Shown one piece after another: positions 40,065 through 51,262 of a stretch of 64,000 nt of DNA (positions are counted from its first letter, which is position 1; each line of letters starts with the position of its first letter). The notes beneath the pieces are model-generated. The model saw only the letters and a program-made list of their open reading frames with translations, was not told the DNA's origin and ran no database searches. The position numbers and the translations under genes are program-made. Origin of the DNA: Pseudomonadota bacterium (lineage in GTDB: Bacteria; Pseudomonadota; Gammaproteobacteria; Burkholderiales; Methylophilaceae); NCBI GenBank assembly GCA_041165405.1, contig JBEANL010000002.1:25996-89995 (forward strand). Reading direction: 5' to 3'.

Positions 40065-42128
40065 CTGACTTCTCTAGCCGAGCTTAAGCTTTTTACTCCT
40101 TCAGTATTAAATAAGCTCAAAAAATTGGGCCTTGAAGATATATTTAGTTTAGTGATGCATCTTCCTATTCGTTATATTGACGAAACTATTGTGACATCCA
40201 TTCGTGATATTAAAATGGGTGTACTTTCTCAAATAGAAGCAGAAGTGATTCGCGCAGAAATTGTCTATAAGCCCAAAAAAATGCTTATCGTACAAGTCAA
40301 AGATACATCTGGTAGCCTACAACTTAGATTTTTACATTTCTATCCAAGTCAAATGAAGATGTTTGAAGCAGGTAATCGCATTCGTATTTTAGGAGAAGCT
40401 CGCCATAACCTATTTGCCTTCGAGATGATTCATCCTCAATGTAAATTAACAAAAGAGGATGATGTATTACCAGACGCACTTACACCGATTTATTCATTAG
40501 TTGCAGGCGTGGGACAAAAAACAGTCAAAGATGCGATCGATAAATTATTTCATCACTTCGACCTAAAAAATTATTTAAAAGATCTATTTTTGCCGTCAGT
40601 GTATGAAAAATTACACTTACCAAATCTTTATGAGAGTATAAAAAGCATTCATCACCCAAAAGATTTTAAAGAAGCTGCAAAACACGAAGCCTTCTCTAGC
40701 ATGTCATATCAAAGAATCATCTTTGATGAATTTTTAGCACAACAATTATCTTTAAGGTCTAATTATTTAATTAGACGTGCACTTACTGCGACTCCATTCA
40801 AACCGACAAATAAACTTACAAACATTTTTATCAATAAGCTTGAATTTGAATTAACTGAAGCACAAAAAAAAGTGATTCAAGAAATTAAAAATGACCTTGA
40901 GAAAAACTATCCCATGCAAAGATTATTACAAGGTGATGTAGGAAGTGGGAAAACAGTTGTTGCAACCATTGCTGCTCTTCAAGTGATCGAGAATGGAAGT
41001 CAGGTTGCTTTTATGGCGCCTACGGAAATCTTAGCGGAACAACATTATCATAAACTTTATGAATGGCTGACCCCTTTAAATATCAAAGTCGCATGGTTAA
41101 CAGGCAGTCAATCCAAAAAAGATCGTGAGATCTCTTTAGATATGACGCAATCGGGCGAAGCTCAAATTGTGGTAGGCACTCATGCTCTTTTTCAAGAACA
41201 TGTGGTATTTAAAAAATTAGGTTTAAGTATTATTGATGAACAACACCGATTTGGCGTTGAACAGAGATTGGCCTTAAGAAAAAAAGGTGAATTAAATAAG
41301 GTGATTGAGCCTCATCAGCTTATGATGAGTGCAACACCTATTCCCAGAACGCTCTCGATGAGTTACTTTGCAGATCTTGATGTATCAGTGATTGATGAAT
41401 TACCCAAAGGTCGCGAAGCGATTGTGACAAAACTTTTTTCAGAGGATCGACGCGACGAGATTTTAAAGAGGGTTCATGAGGTATGTCATGCTGGTGCTCA
41501 AGTCTACTGGGTGTGCCCTTTAATTGAAGAAAGCGAAGTATTGCAACTTCAAACTGCTGAAGAAACATACTCAAATATGCAATCTCATTTTAAAGATTTA
41601 AGAGTAGGTTTAGTGCATGGGCGAATGAAATCCCTAGAAAAGCAAAAAATCATGTCTGATTTTGTGAAAGGTAATATTCAATTGCTAGTAGCAACTACAG
41701 TGATTGAAGTGGGTGTTGATGTGCCCAATGCAACATTGATGGTAATTGAAAATGCAGAGCGCATGGGACTCTCACAATTACATCAATTACGTGGGCGCGT
41801 CGGACGTGGCTCACTTAAAAGTACATGCATTTTATTGTTTCAAAAAAAATTATCAGAGCTTGCTCGACAAAGACTTAAAGTGATCTTTGAAAATACAGAT
41901 GGTTTTATCATTGCTCAAGAAGATTTAAACATAAGAGGCCCTGGAGAATTTCTAGGGGTGCGACAAAGTGGGGTGCCCATGTTACGCATTGCTAATCTCA
42001 ATCGTGATTTTAAATTATTAGAAGAAGCTAAAACTATCGCCGATCAATTATTAGAGGACTATCCTGAAGCTTCTCATCTTCATTTAAAACGCTGGCTTAG
42101 CCATGCGAATGAAAGAGTGAAAGTATAA
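40065..42128 (+). CDS. recG: ATP-dependent DNA helicase RecG (start probably CTG 40065 rather than TTG 40125)
   Basis: QGDVGSGKT, DEQHRFG, MSATPIPRT, QLRGRVGRG, RGPGE; frame open upstream to TAA at 40050-40052. Confidence 0.95.
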   Translation: MTSLAELKLFTPSVLNKLKKLGLEDIFSLVMHLPIRYIDETIVTSIRDIKMGVLSQIEAEVIRAEIVYKPKKMLIVQVKDTSGSLQLRFLHFYPSQMKMFEAGNRIRILGEARHNLFAFEMIHPQCKLTKEDDVLPDALTPIYSLVAGVGQKTVKDAIDKLFHHFDLKNYLKDLFLPSVYEKLHLPNLYESIKSIHHPKDFKEAAKHEAFSSMSYQRIIFDEFLAQQLSLRSNYLIRRALTATPFKPTNKLTNIFINKLEFELTEAQKKVIQEIKNDLEKNYPMQRLLQGDVGSGKTVVATIAALQVIENGSQVAFMAPTEILAEQHYHKLYEWLTPLNIKVAWLTGSQSKKDREISLDMTQSGEAQIVVGTHALFQEHVVFKKLGLSIIDEQHRFGVEQRLALRKKGELNKVIEPHQLMMSATPIPRTLSMSYFADLDVSVIDELPKGREAIVTKLFSEDRRDEILKRVHEVCHAGAQVYWVCPLIEESEVLQLQTAEETYSNMQSHFKDLRVGLVHGRMKSLEKQKIMSDFVKGNIQLLVATTVIEVGVDVPNATLMVIENAERMGLSQLHQLRGRVGRGSLKSTCILLFQKKLSELARQRLKVIFENTDGFIIAQEDLNIRGPGEFLGVRQSGVPMLRIANLNRDFKLLEEAKTIADQLLEDYPEASHLHLKRWLSHANERVKV

Positions 42129-42129
42129 A

Positions 42130-42612
42130 ATGACTTGGTTAAAATTACCTACAATTAAAGGACATGAGTTTTCGTGGATTACTGAAGAGAGTTCTTTAAC
42201 GGAGCGATTAAAAAAAGAGTTTAACGATGTCAAAGTTGATGTCATTTATGAAGGTTTGGCCTCAGAAAAAGAAACAGAATACATTCGTGAAGTAATTATC
42301 AAAAGTTGTGATAAGCCTATGATATTTGCTCAGACGCGAGTAAAAATGATTGATCTTGATAGTGCTTGGAGTTGTTTAAAAAAACTTGGCCAGCAATCGC
42401 TTGCAAATATTTTATTTAAAGACCCTGAAATTTCTCGACATTCACTTTTGTATCGAGTCTGTAAACCAGAAGATGTTTTATACAAACATTTAAAATCGCT
42501 AGGTTATTTGCAAGATGAAATTTTATGGATGCGTCAATCAGTATGGGAAAGATATGGAAAGATACTTTTGTTAACCGAAGTTTTTTTACCTAATCTTTTC
42601 AACCAACGATGA
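42130..42612 (+). CDS. ubiC: Chorismate pyruvate-lyase
   Basis: SSLTERL, IREV, LGQQSLANILF, LLTEVFLP; near ubiA. Confidence 0.82.
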   Translation: MTWLKLPTIKGHEFSWITEESSLTERLKKEFNDVKVDVIYEGLASEKETEYIREVIIKSCDKPMIFAQTRVKMIDLDSAWSCLKKLGQQSLANILFKDPEISRHSLLYRVCKPEDVLYKHLKSLGYLQDEILWMRQSVWERYGKILLLTEVFLPNLFNQR

Positions 42613-42682
42613 AGTTGGTGTGAGTTCACTGATTTAAGCTATAATTTTTCTTTATTTTTTTCAAAGTATTTTTCAAAAAATC

Positions 42683-43333
42683 GTGAGTTTGTCGAGAAAC
42701 CTTCCTTTTCATATTGATTTGCCTAAAGCTATTGGAATTTCAATTGCTATTCATATCATTTTGATGATAGGTTTGCCTGAATTTAATAAACCACTATTAA
42801 CACCGCAAGTGATGAGCGTTACGATTTCAAGTTCGCCAATTCAACAGCCAATCGAAAAAATTGAAACGCCTGAGCCTATAAAAAAAGTGGAGCCTATTAA
42901 GAAAATAGAGAAAAAAATTACACCGATTATTGATAAAAATGCAACAACAGTTGCTCAACCTGCGCCGAAAGAAGAGGCCCCACCTGCGCCTGCAGAGGTT
43001 GTTTCAAAAATTCCTAATGTTGTACCACAAGAACAAGTGACTCAGTCTATTGAGAGTTATAGTAGTGTGCTTGCAAATGCAATTGCAAAATATAAGCAAT
43101 ATCCAAAAATTGCTCAAATGCGAGGTTGGCAAGGGACTGTTATTGCAGATCTTGAAATTGATAGTAAAGGCTCAGTGATTAGTGTGAAGATTAAAAAGAG
43201 CAGTACTTATGAAGTTTTAGATAACGAAGCGCTCGAAATGATAAAAAAAGCTTCACCATTTCCAGCTCCACCAGATAATTTGCGTGGTAAAAATTTTAAT
43301 GTGCTTGTGCCTATTTCATTCAAACTCGAATAA
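42683..43333 (+). CDS. tonB: Energy transducer TonB
   Basis: TM with S..IH, Pro/Lys/Glu spacer, YPKIAQMRGWQGTV, SSTYEVLD. Confidence 0.88.
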   Translation: MSLSRNLPFHIDLPKAIGISIAIHIILMIGLPEFNKPLLTPQVMSVTISSSPIQQPIEKIETPEPIKKVEPIKKIEKKITPIIDKNATTVAQPAPKEEAPPAPAEVVSKIPNVVPQEQVTQSIESYSSVLANAIAKYKQYPKIAQMRGWQGTVIADLEIDSKGSVISVKIKKSSTYEVLDNEALEMIKKASPFPAPPDNLRGKNFNVLVPISFKLE

Positions 43334-43351
43334 TCCGATTTAATTTTAAAG

Positions 43352-44200
43352 ATGCGTTCTTATTTTCATCTTATGCGTCTTGATAAACCCATTGGCATTT
43401 TTTTGTTATTGTGGCCAACCTTATGGGCACTTCTCATAGCAAGCCAAGGCCATCCGAGCATTCAACACCTCTCCATTTTTATTTTAGGTACAGTCCTAAT
43501 GCGCTCTGCTGGGTGTGTGGCGAATGATATTCTTGATCGTAAATTTGATTCTTTTGTCACACGAACAAAATTACGTCCTTTAGCGAATCAATCCATCTCG
43601 GTTAAGAATGCATTTTTTTTACTGATTACTTTGTTATTGGGTGCATTGATATGTGTTTTATTTTTAAATGAACAATCATTTTATTTTTCATTGATCGCTT
43701 TATTCTTAGCGCTCACTTATCCCTTAACCAAAAGATTCTTTGTCATGCCACAGGCATATTTAGGGTTAAGTTTTGGTATGGGCATTCCCATCGCTTTCGT
43801 TGCAAATGATATTTCCCTAACTTTAACGACATGGCTTTTATTTTTAGCGAATGTATTTTGGGCAATTGCTTACGATACGCTTTATGCGGTGACGGACAAA
43901 AATGATGATATAAAAATCGGCATTCGCTCTTCGGCTATTTGGTTTGGAAATTACGTAAAAGAAGCCATTGTGTTCTGTTATGCCTGTATGATGGGATGCT
44001 TAATTTGGGTAGGACAGTCAGAAAGTTTTAGCTGGCCTTTTTACGGATTTATAATGTTGAGTCTCATTTTTATTGGGGTTCTTTATCGACAAATCAGGAC
44101 GCTCAACCCAAAAACCTGTTTTGATGCATTTTTAAGCAATAATTACCTGGGCGGGCTCGTCTTTCTAGGCATGTTTTTTCACTATCTCTATGTGAACTAA
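43352..44200 (+). CDS. ubiA: 4-hydroxybenzoate polyprenyltransferase
   Basis: RLDKPIG, MRSAGCVANDILDR, YDTLYA..DKNDD. Confidence 0.96.
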   Translation: MRSYFHLMRLDKPIGIFLLLWPTLWALLIASQGHPSIQHLSIFILGTVLMRSAGCVANDILDRKFDSFVTRTKLRPLANQSISVKNAFFLLITLLLGALICVLFLNEQSFYFSLIALFLALTYPLTKRFFVMPQAYLGLSFGMGIPIAFVANDISLTLTTWLLFLANVFWAIAYDTLYAVTDKNDDIKIGIRSSAIWFGNYVKEAIVFCYACMMGCLIWVGQSESFSWPFYGFIMLSLIFIGVLYRQIRTLNPKTCFDAFLSNNYLGGLVFLGMFFHYLYVN

Positions 44201-44213
44201 ATCATTAATAAAA

Positions 44214-44243
44214 TTGACAAAACAGGCAGTTTTGACATAGAAT
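44214..44243 (+). promoter_or_regulatory. Sigma70 promoter of rplM-rpsI
   Basis: TTGACA-N18-TAGAAT. Confidence 0.7.
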
Positions 44244-44286
44244 TCACCTCTTTTTTTAAATTTATAGCGCAAAAGTTGGTATTGAA

Positions 44287-44715
44287 ATGAAGACATTTTC
44301 AGCAAAATCTCATGAAGTAAAACGCGATTGGTTCGTTGTAGACGGAACTGATTTAGTGTTGGGTAGATTAGCAAGTGCGATTGCACATCGATTACGTGGC
44401 AAACATAAAGCCATTTATACACCGCATGTAGATACAGGTGATTACATTGTAGTAATCAACGCGGAAAAGATTAAAGTAACGGGTAACAAAGGTGAGGATA
44501 AGGTTTACCATCGCCATTCAGGTTATCCAGGCGGCATTTCAACAACGAACTTCTCTAAGATGCAAGACCGTTTTCCAGGTCGTGCTTTAGAAAAGGCAGT
44601 GAAGGGAATGTTACCAAAAGGACCATTGGGTTATGCCATGATTAAAAAGATGAAAGTCTACTCAGGCGCAACTCATGATCATGTGGCACAACAACCACAA
44701 CCATTAAGCATTTAA
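44287..44715 (+). CDS. rplM: 50S ribosomal protein L13
   Basis: [23 protein letters not shown]. Confidence 0.99.
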   Translation: MKTFSAKSHEVKRDWFVVDGTDLVLGRLASAIAHRLRGKHKAIYTPHVDTGDYIVVINAEKIKVTGNKGEDKVYHRHSGYPGGISTTNFSKMQDRFPGRALEKAVKGMLPKGPLGYAMIKKMKVYSGATHDHVAQQPQPLSI

Positions 44716-44724
44716 GGAAATTTT

Positions 44725-45117
44725 ATGATAGGTAAATACAATTACGGAACAGGTCGCAGAAAGAGTTCAATAGCGCGTGTGTTCATTAAACCAGGTAAAG
44801 GTGTGATCACAGTGAACGATAAACCTGCGGATGAATATTTCTCGCGTTATACCTCTCGTATGATTTTCCGCCAACCACTTGATTTAACGAACACGTTAAA
44901 TACATTTGATATTCATGTGAATGTCATCGGTGGCGGTGAGTCTGGTCAAGCAGGTGCAGTGCGTCACGGCATTACACGTGCATTGATTGACTATGATACA
45001 AATTTAAAGAGTACGCTTTCACAAGCCGGCTTTGTAACACGTGATGCACGTGAAGTTGAGCGTAAAAAAGTGGGTCTTCGAAAAGCTCGTAGACGTAAAC
45101 AATTCTCGAAACGTTAA
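44725..45117 (+). CDS. rpsI: 30S ribosomal protein S9
   Basis: [24 protein letters not shown]. Confidence 0.99.
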   Translation: MIGKYNYGTGRRKSSIARVFIKPGKGVITVNDKPADEYFSRYTSRMIFRQPLDLTNTLNTFDIHVNVIGGGESGQAGAVRHGITRALIDYDTNLKSTLSQAGFVTRDAREVERKKVGLRKARRRKQFSKR

Positions 45118-45137
45118 TTGTTTCAAGTTCCAAAGAG

Positions 45138-45167
45138 CAAAAAGGCCGCTTTCAAGCGGCTTTTTTG
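45138..45167 (+). terminator. Intrinsic terminator after rpsI
   Basis: caaaaaggccgct-ttca-agcggcttttttg. Confidence 0.85.
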
Positions 45168-45236
45168 TTATATAGAGTTAAATAAATTTTGTTAGTATGG
45201 GTTTTTAAGCATTAAGACTTCTTTTAAATTAAAGGT

Positions 45237-46289
45237 GTGAATGTGATGAGCAATCTTTCAAAGATTAAAGTAGGCGTGGTCGGTGCGACCGGTTATACCG
45301 GCGTTGAACTATTAAGAATTTTAGTCAAACATCCTCATGTGATCATTCACACTGTTACGTCGAGAGCCGAGGCTGGCTTATCGATTGCGACCTTGTTCCC
45401 AAGCTTAAGAGGACTAATCGACCTTAAATTTGAAGATCCAAAGACTGCGAATTTGGCAAATTGTGATCTCGTATTTTTTGCAACACCTAACGGGATTGCT
45501 ATGCAAGAAGTACCCGCACTTCTTAAAGCCGGAGTCAAAGTGATTGATTTGGCAGCGGATTTTAGGCTAAAAGATGCTAACGTCTGGGAAAAATGGTACA
45601 AAATGCCTCATTCATGCAGTGATCTCCTTAAAGATGCTGTTTATGGTCTTCCAGAAATTAATAGAGAAAAAATTAAAAAAGCTTCACTGGTGGCTAATCC
45701 GGGTTGTTATCCCACAGCCATTCAATTGGGATTTATTCCGTTGATTGAATCAGGCGTGATTGATCTTGATGACTTAATCGCAGATGCTAAATCAGGTGTA
45801 TCCGGTGCTGGCAGAAAAGCCGAAGTGAATGCATTAATGGCAGAAGCCTCTGATAACTTTAAGGCATACGGCGTTGAAGGACATAGGCATTTACCTGAAA
45901 TCACGCAAGGGTTGACTAGTGTTGCGAATCAAGCAGTGCATTTAACCTTTGTACCACATTTAACACCTATGATTAGAGGCATACATGCAACACTTTACGG
46001 AACGCTTACTAAAAATATAGACATACAAGCGCTTTTTGAGTCTAGATATAAGAATGAGTCCTTTGTAGACATAATGCCAAAAGGCTCTCATCCAGAGACA
46101 AGATCTGTAAGAGGCTCAAATCAATGTCGCATCAGTATTCATCAACCGCAAGGAAGCCATAAGGTTGTTGTTTTATCTGTCATCGATAATCTCGTGAAAG
46201 GCGCGGCAGGACAGGCGGTGCAAAATATGAATCTCATGTTTGATTTTCCAGAGATTTCTGGACTTGATCTTGTGCCCTTGATGCCATAA
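45237..46289 (+). CDS. argC: N-acetyl-gamma-glutamyl-phosphate reductase
   Basis: [33 protein letters not shown]. Confidence 0.97.
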   Translation: MNVMSNLSKIKVGVVGATGYTGVELLRILVKHPHVIIHTVTSRAEAGLSIATLFPSLRGLIDLKFEDPKTANLANCDLVFFATPNGIAMQEVPALLKAGVKVIDLAADFRLKDANVWEKWYKMPHSCSDLLKDAVYGLPEINREKIKKASLVANPGCYPTAIQLGFIPLIESGVIDLDDLIADAKSGVSGAGRKAEVNALMAEASDNFKAYGVEGHRHLPEITQGLTSVANQAVHLTFVPHLTPMIRGIHATLYGTLTKNIDIQALFESRYKNESFVDIMPKGSHPETRSVRGSNQCRISIHQPQGSHKVVVLSVIDNLVKGAAGQAVQNMNLMFDFPEISGLDLVPLMP

Positions 46290-46301
46290 AGTGTTGTTTC
46301 T

Positions 46302-46667
46302 ATGAGAAAAGTTAAGCGGACCTATACAAAATATTTTGGCGTAACACGCCGAAGAATGCGCATTAAAACAGGTGCTTCTTGGCATACTTATTTGACGATT
46401 GCAGCCTTGTCATTTATAGGCGGCGCAGGGTTTACCTATTGGGAGTTAAACGGTGGCTCAGTGATTGGATTTATTTCAAAGATTCAAGCATTAGAAGCTG
46501 AGAATCAATCAATACAAGGCCAATTATTACAACAAAAAATTGAGCTTCAATTGAAGTCGATTTCAGGCGATAAAGTTTCAGGGGACATCACTAAGCTCCA
46601 AGAAGAAAATGCCAAGCTAAAAGAGGACATTCTTTTTTACGAGAAAATTGTAGGCAAGAAACGATAA
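46302..46667 (+). CDS. Membrane-anchored coiled-coil protein (DUF6776-like, short form)
   Basis: Basic N-terminus, one TM, coiled coil ending LKEDILFYEKI; argC-x-bactofilin-erpA context. Confidence 0.7.
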   Translation: MRKVKRTYTKYFGVTRRRMRIKTGASWHTYLTIAALSFIGGAGFTYWELNGGSVIGFISKIQALEAENQSIQGQLLQQKIELQLKSISGDKVSGDITKLQEENAKLKEDILFYEKIVGKKR

Positions 46668-46677
46668 AGGATATTTC

Positions 46678-47061
46678 ATGTTTTTTAATAAAAAAAATAA
46701 TGCACGCACGATCGATACGCTCATTGATAAAGATATTACAGTACGTGGCAATGTGACTTATTCAGGTGGCATTCGTGTTGATGGTTCCATTCATGGCAAT
46801 CTCACTGAACTTCCAGGCACAGCGGGCACTCTTATTATGGGTAATAAGAGTCGTATTAAGGGAAACATCTCAGCGCATACAGCTATTATTGGTGGAGATG
46901 TGAATGGCAATATTATATGTACCGAGTATTTAGAACTTCATGCAAATGCAAAAATCATGGGTGACATCGAATATAAAGTGATAGAAATTCATGCAGGTGC
47001 TAAAGTGTATGGGCGACTTAAAGAAGCGCCTAAAGATTATCAGTCACAAAAAAAGAAATAA
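46678..47061 (+). CDS. Bactofilin (polymer-forming cytoskeletal protein)
   Basis: DTLI, GGIRVDG, repeated G-x-I/V-x-G beta-helix units. Confidence 0.92.
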   Translation: MFFNKKNNARTIDTLIDKDITVRGNVTYSGGIRVDGSIHGNLTELPGTAGTLIMGNKSRIKGNISAHTAIIGGDVNGNIICTEYLELHANAKIMGDIEYKVIEIHAGAKVYGRLKEAPKDYQSQKKK

Positions 47062-47076
47062 TTAGGAGTAAATATT

Positions 47077-47442
47077 ATGAATCAAATCGTTGAATCAAAA
47101 GAAATGGAAATGCCAACCCCACTTATTTTTACAGACAATGCTGTAAAAAAAGTAAAGGAATTGATTGAAGAAGAAGGCCAGCCAGAGCTCAAACTTCGTG
47201 TCTTCGTCAGCGGTGGCGGATGCTCAGGCTTTCAATATGGATTCACTTTTGAAGAAGCAATTAATGAAGATGACACACAAGTGACAAAAGATTCTGTAAC
47301 TTTATTGATTGACCCTATGAGCTTACAATATTTAATGGGCGCTGAAATTGATTATCAGGACAGCGTTCAAGGCTCGCAATTTGTCATTAAGAATCCAAAC
47401 GCACAAACAACTTGCGGCTGTGGTTCTTCTTTCTCAGCTTAA
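47077..47442 (+). CDS. erpA: Fe-S cluster insertion protein ErpA
   Basis: [25 protein letters not shown]. Confidence 0.95.
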   Translation: MNQIVESKEMEMPTPLIFTDNAVKKVKELIEEEGQPELKLRVFVSGGGCSGFQYGFTFEEAINEDDTQVTKDSVTLLIDPMSLQYLMGAEIDYQDSVQGSQFVIKNPNAQTTCGCGSSFSA

Positions 47443-47449
47443 AACGGAT

Positions 47450-48733
47450 TTAATTTTTAGGGACGTCACGTCGAGGCTTGCCTGTATAAACTTGGCGTGG
47501 TCGGCCAATTTTACTTCCAGGTTGACCTAGCATTTCATTCCATTGAGCAACCCATCCTGCCGTTCTTGCTAAGGCAAACACAGCAGTAAACATTGAATTA
47601 GGAATACCCATAGCGCGCATCACAATGCCAGAATAGAAATCTACATTAGGGTATAGTTTTTTCTCAATGAAATATTCATCTTCGAGTGCAATTTGCTCGA
47701 CTTTCATAGCAAGTTTGAAAATAGGATCGTCTTTCAATCCAAGTTCATCAAGCACTTCATAACAAGTCTTTCGCATGATTTCTGCGCGAGGATCTTTGTT
47801 GCGATAAATACGATGACCAAAACCCATCATACGGAATGAATCATCTTTATCTTTTGCGCGTTTAATGAATGCGCCAATTCTGCTTTCATCGCCAATTTCT
47901 TCTAGCATTTTTAAAGTAGCTTCATTCGCGCCACCATGAGCTGGGCCCCAAAGGGATGCAATGCCTGCAGCGATACATGCAAAAGGATTGGCACCTGATG
48001 AGCCTGCAAGCCTAACAGTGGAAGTTGATGCATTTTGTTCATGATCTGCATGAAGGATTAAAATACGTTCAAAAGCTTTAGCAAGCACTGGATTAGGTTT
48101 GTATTCTTCACATGGGGTTGCAAACATCATGCGCATAAAGTTTTCTGCATAACCTAAATCATTTTTGGGGTAAATAAAAGGCTGGCCTAAGCTATATTTG
48201 TAACTCCATGCTGCGATAGTTGGTACTTTAGCTAAAAGTTGATGTGCTGATATTTGGCGATGTTCAGGATTCATGACATCCATGGAATCAAAATAAAATG
48301 CAGACATTGACCCTACAACACCTACCATGACTGCCATAGGATGTGCATCACGTCTAAAACCACGGAAAATATTATTTAATTGATCGTGGAGCATGGTGTG
48401 ACGATTAATGGTTGTTGAAAATGTTTCTTTTTCTTGAGGCTTAGGTAATTCACCATGCATTAAGAGATAAGCGACATCTAAAAAATCATAATGTTCTGCA
48501 AGCTGCTCAATAGGGTAACCCCGATAAAGCAAAAGACTTTTTTCTCCGTCAATAAAAGTAATTTCAGAGCTGCAGGAAGCAGTCGACATAAAACCGGGGT
48601 CATAACTAAAGACTTGATGAGCGCCTAATTGACGAATATCAATCGCATCGTTTCCCATAGTGCTTTTTACCAAAGGCAATTCTATGGATGTTGATTCTTG
48701 ATCAAAGTTTAAAGTGACTTTAGTTGATTTCAT
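47450..48733 (-). CDS. gltA: Citrate synthase (type II)
   Basis: [44 protein letters not shown]. Confidence 0.98.
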   Translation of the reverse strand: MKSTKVTLNFDQESTSIELPLVKSTMGNDAIDIRQLGAHQVFSYDPGFMSTASCSSEITFIDGEKSLLLYRGYPIEQLAEHYDFLDVAYLLMHGELPKPQEKETFSTTINRHTMLHDQLNNIFRGFRRDAHPMAVMVGVVGSMSAFYFDSMDVMNPEHRQISAHQLLAKVPTIAAWSYKYSLGQPFIYPKNDLGYAENFMRMMFATPCEEYKPNPVLAKAFERILILHADHEQNASTSTVRLAGSSGANPFACIAAGIASLWGPAHGGANEATLKMLEEIGDESRIGAFIKRAKDKDDSFRMMGFGHRIYRNKDPRAEIMRKTCYEVLDELGLKDDPIFKLAMKVEQIALEDEYFIEKKLYPNVDFYSGIVMRAMGIPNSMFTAVFALARTAGWVAQWNEMLGQPGSKIGRPRQVYTGKPRRDVPKN

Positions 48734-48800
48734 TTTTGAAAAATAAAATTAATTATTAAATGAATTATAACTTTTCACGATACTTTTGCTAGCGCTATCT

Positions 48801-49898
48801 TTATGCGGGATAACGTGCGCCTAAAATACGCAAGCCTTTAGCACCAGTAACTTCCGGTATGTTACCGGGTTTAGAAAATATCATTTGTTTTGCAAGCCAT
48901 GCAAATGCTGCAGCTTCAACATATTGTGTCGGTATACCAAGTGCATCTGTGAGTTGAATTTTAATTTTAGGCATCAATGTTTTTAATCGTTCAACTAAGA
49001 AACCATTTAAGGCACCGCCACCACATAAATAAATTTCAGTGATATTCGCATCATATGCATTCATTGCTTTTGTAATACTTAATGCAGTGAGCTCCAAAAG
49101 CGTTCTTTGGATATCTTGAATCGGGTAGGATTTTTGTAAGTGTTTATTAAGCCACTCTTCATTAAAGTGATCGCGACCTGTGCTTTTAGGCGCAGTTTTT
49201 TCAAAATAAGTATCCTTAAAAAATGCATCAAGTAATGTTTCAATAACTTTACCTTCTCTAGCCCATGCACCATTCTCATCGAATGATTGATAGCGATGCG
49301 TTTGGCACCAGTGATCTAATAAAAGATTACCTGGACCACTATCAAAACCTGATACAGCAGTATTTGGATTTAATATAGTGACATTGGCAATTCCGCCGAT
49401 ATTTAGAATTGCACGATGAGTTGTTGGGTGTGAAAAAATTTCATGATGAAATGCAGGCACCAAAGGAGCGCCTTGACCTCCGGCTGCAAGATCTCGACTT
49501 CGAAAATCAGCAATCACATCGATATCAGAAAGCTCAGCTAAAAGTGCAGGATTTCCAATCTGCAAGGTGAAACCTTTTTGGGGCTGGTGTCGGATAGTTT
49601 GCCCGTGGAATCCAATGGCTCTGACGTCTTTAGATATCACGTCTGTTTTCTTAAGCAAGGCTTTAATCGCTTCACATGCTTTTTGACTCACCGAGTTAGC
49701 TATGAGAAGGCTATCCTCAAGTTCATTGATATACGGCGAATGAAGCTTTAATAAAGCCTCTTTAATTGAGTTTTCATAAGGCACATAACTATGACCCATA
49801 ATTTTGATATCTTTAGATGTTTTACCAAAATCGACAAGGACTGCATCCATCCCATCAAGGCTGGTGCCGGACATAAGACCTATAAATAATTGATTCAT
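48801..49898 (-). CDS. anmK: Anhydro-N-acetylmuramic acid kinase
   Basis: IGLMSGTSLDG, GGQGAPLVP, NIGGIAN, PKSTGR; start moved to ATG 49898 because the longer ORF overlaps tyrS. Confidence 0.95.
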   Translation of the reverse strand: MNQLFIGLMSGTSLDGMDAVLVDFGKTSKDIKIMGHSYVPYENSIKEALLKLHSPYINELEDSLLIANSVSQKACEAIKALLKKTDVISKDVRAIGFHGQTIRHQPQKGFTLQIGNPALLAELSDIDVIADFRSRDLAAGGQGAPLVPAFHHEIFSHPTTHRAILNIGGIANVTILNPNTAVSGFDSGPGNLLLDHWCQTHRYQSFDENGAWAREGKVIETLLDAFFKDTYFEKTAPKSTGRDHFNEEWLNKHLQKSYPIQDIQRTLLELTALSITKAMNAYDANITEIYLCGGGALNGFLVERLKTLMPKIKIQLTDALGIPTQYVEAAAFAWLAKQMIFSKPGNIPEVTGAKGLRILGARYPA

Positions 49899-50006
49899 GT
49901 GTAGGATTGTAAATGGTTTATTTCCGCTATTTTCCATATTGGTAAAATAATTTAGGCTAAAATGATGGCAATTATTAAACTTCAATAAAACCATTCGGAA
50001 ATATTT

Positions 50007-51206
50007 GTGGCTACTGAAATCAATCAAGCATTAGCGCTCATTAAAAGAGGCGCTGAAGAAATTCTTATAGAAGAAGAGCTTCTCGAAAAACTCAAAAAAG
50101 GAAAACCTTTAAGAGTGAAGGCTGGCTTCGATCCTACAGCCCCCGATCTTCATTTAGGCCATACCGTTCTATTAAATAAACTTAGACAATTTCAGGATTT
50201 AGGCCATCACGTTTTATTTTTAATTGGCGACTTTACAGGGATGATTGGGGATCCCACAGGTAAAAGTGCGACACGACCCCCTTTGTCTAAAGAGGAAGTT
50301 AAAAAAAATGCTGAGAGTTATGCTGAGCAAGTTTTTAAAATATTAAAACGTGATCAAACCGAAGTCGTTTTTAATTCAACATGGCTTACCGATTTGGGTG
50401 CTGTTGGTATATTGAAATTAGCCGCAAGTCATACAGTCGCTCGAATGCTAGAGCGTGATGATTTTAGTAAGCGATATAAAGCTAACCAGCCTATCGCTAT
50501 TCATGAATTTTTATATCCTCTTCTTCAAGGTTATGACTCTGTGACATTAAAAGCAGATGTGGAATTAGGCGGTACTGATCAAAAATTTAATTTATTAATG
50601 GGTCGCGAATTACAAAAACAATCAGGTCAACCTCCGCAATGTGTTATTACGATGCCACTTCTCGAAGGCTTAGATGGTGTGCAAAAAATGTCTAAATCGC
50701 TAGGCAATTTCATTGGGATTAACGAAGCGCCTGAAATTATTTTTGCAAAAATTATGTCGATTTCAGATGAATTAATGTGGCGATATATCGAGTTGCTTTC
50801 TTTTACATCTATAGATGAGATTCAAAGCTGGAAGGCAAGTGTAAAAGCAGGTCAAAATCCTCGCGACATTAAAGTCACTTTTGCTCAAGAAATTGTAACG
50901 CGTTTTCATTCAAAAGAAGCCGCCATTGAGGCATTAGATAATTTCCAAACCCGCTCTAAAGGCGGCATTCCAGAGAATGTGCCCGAGTTAAATATTCCGA
51001 TTCAAAACGATACCATAGGAATTTTGCAGCTTCTCAAAGAGGCCGCCCTTATAGCGAGTACTTCAGAAGGCATGCGTCTGATTGAGGGTGGCGGCATTAA
51101 AATTAACGGTGAGCGTCTGGAGGATGGCAAAAAAATGATCTCTAAAAATACTGAGTTTGTCGCTCAAGTGGGTAAACGAAAATTTGTAAAGATTAAAGTG
51201 CTCTAA
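50007..51206 (+). CDS. tyrS: Tyrosine-tRNA ligase
   Basis: [27 protein letters not shown]-terminal S4 domain. Confidence 0.98.
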   Translation: MATEINQALALIKRGAEEILIEEELLEKLKKGKPLRVKAGFDPTAPDLHLGHTVLLNKLRQFQDLGHHVLFLIGDFTGMIGDPTGKSATRPPLSKEEVKKNAESYAEQVFKILKRDQTEVVFNSTWLTDLGAVGILKLAASHTVARMLERDDFSKRYKANQPIAIHEFLYPLLQGYDSVTLKADVELGGTDQKFNLLMGRELQKQSGQPPQCVITMPLLEGLDGVQKMSKSLGNFIGINEAPEIIFAKIMSISDELMWRYIELLSFTSIDEIQSWKASVKAGQNPRDIKVTFAQEIVTRFHSKEAAIEALDNFQTRSKGGIPENVPELNIPIQNDTIGILQLLKEAALIASTSEGMRLIEGGGIKINGERLEDGKKMISKNTEFVAQVGKRKFVKIKVL

Positions 51207-51262
51207 TGTGATGGATCGTATTGATTTTGAATGAAGTTTTGATTTCAATTATCTGAATTTAT

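Noticed and set aside
49899-50027. 43-aa N-terminal extension of AnmK
   Set aside because: Overlaps the divergent tyrS start and spacer; family homology begins at MNQLFIGLMSG
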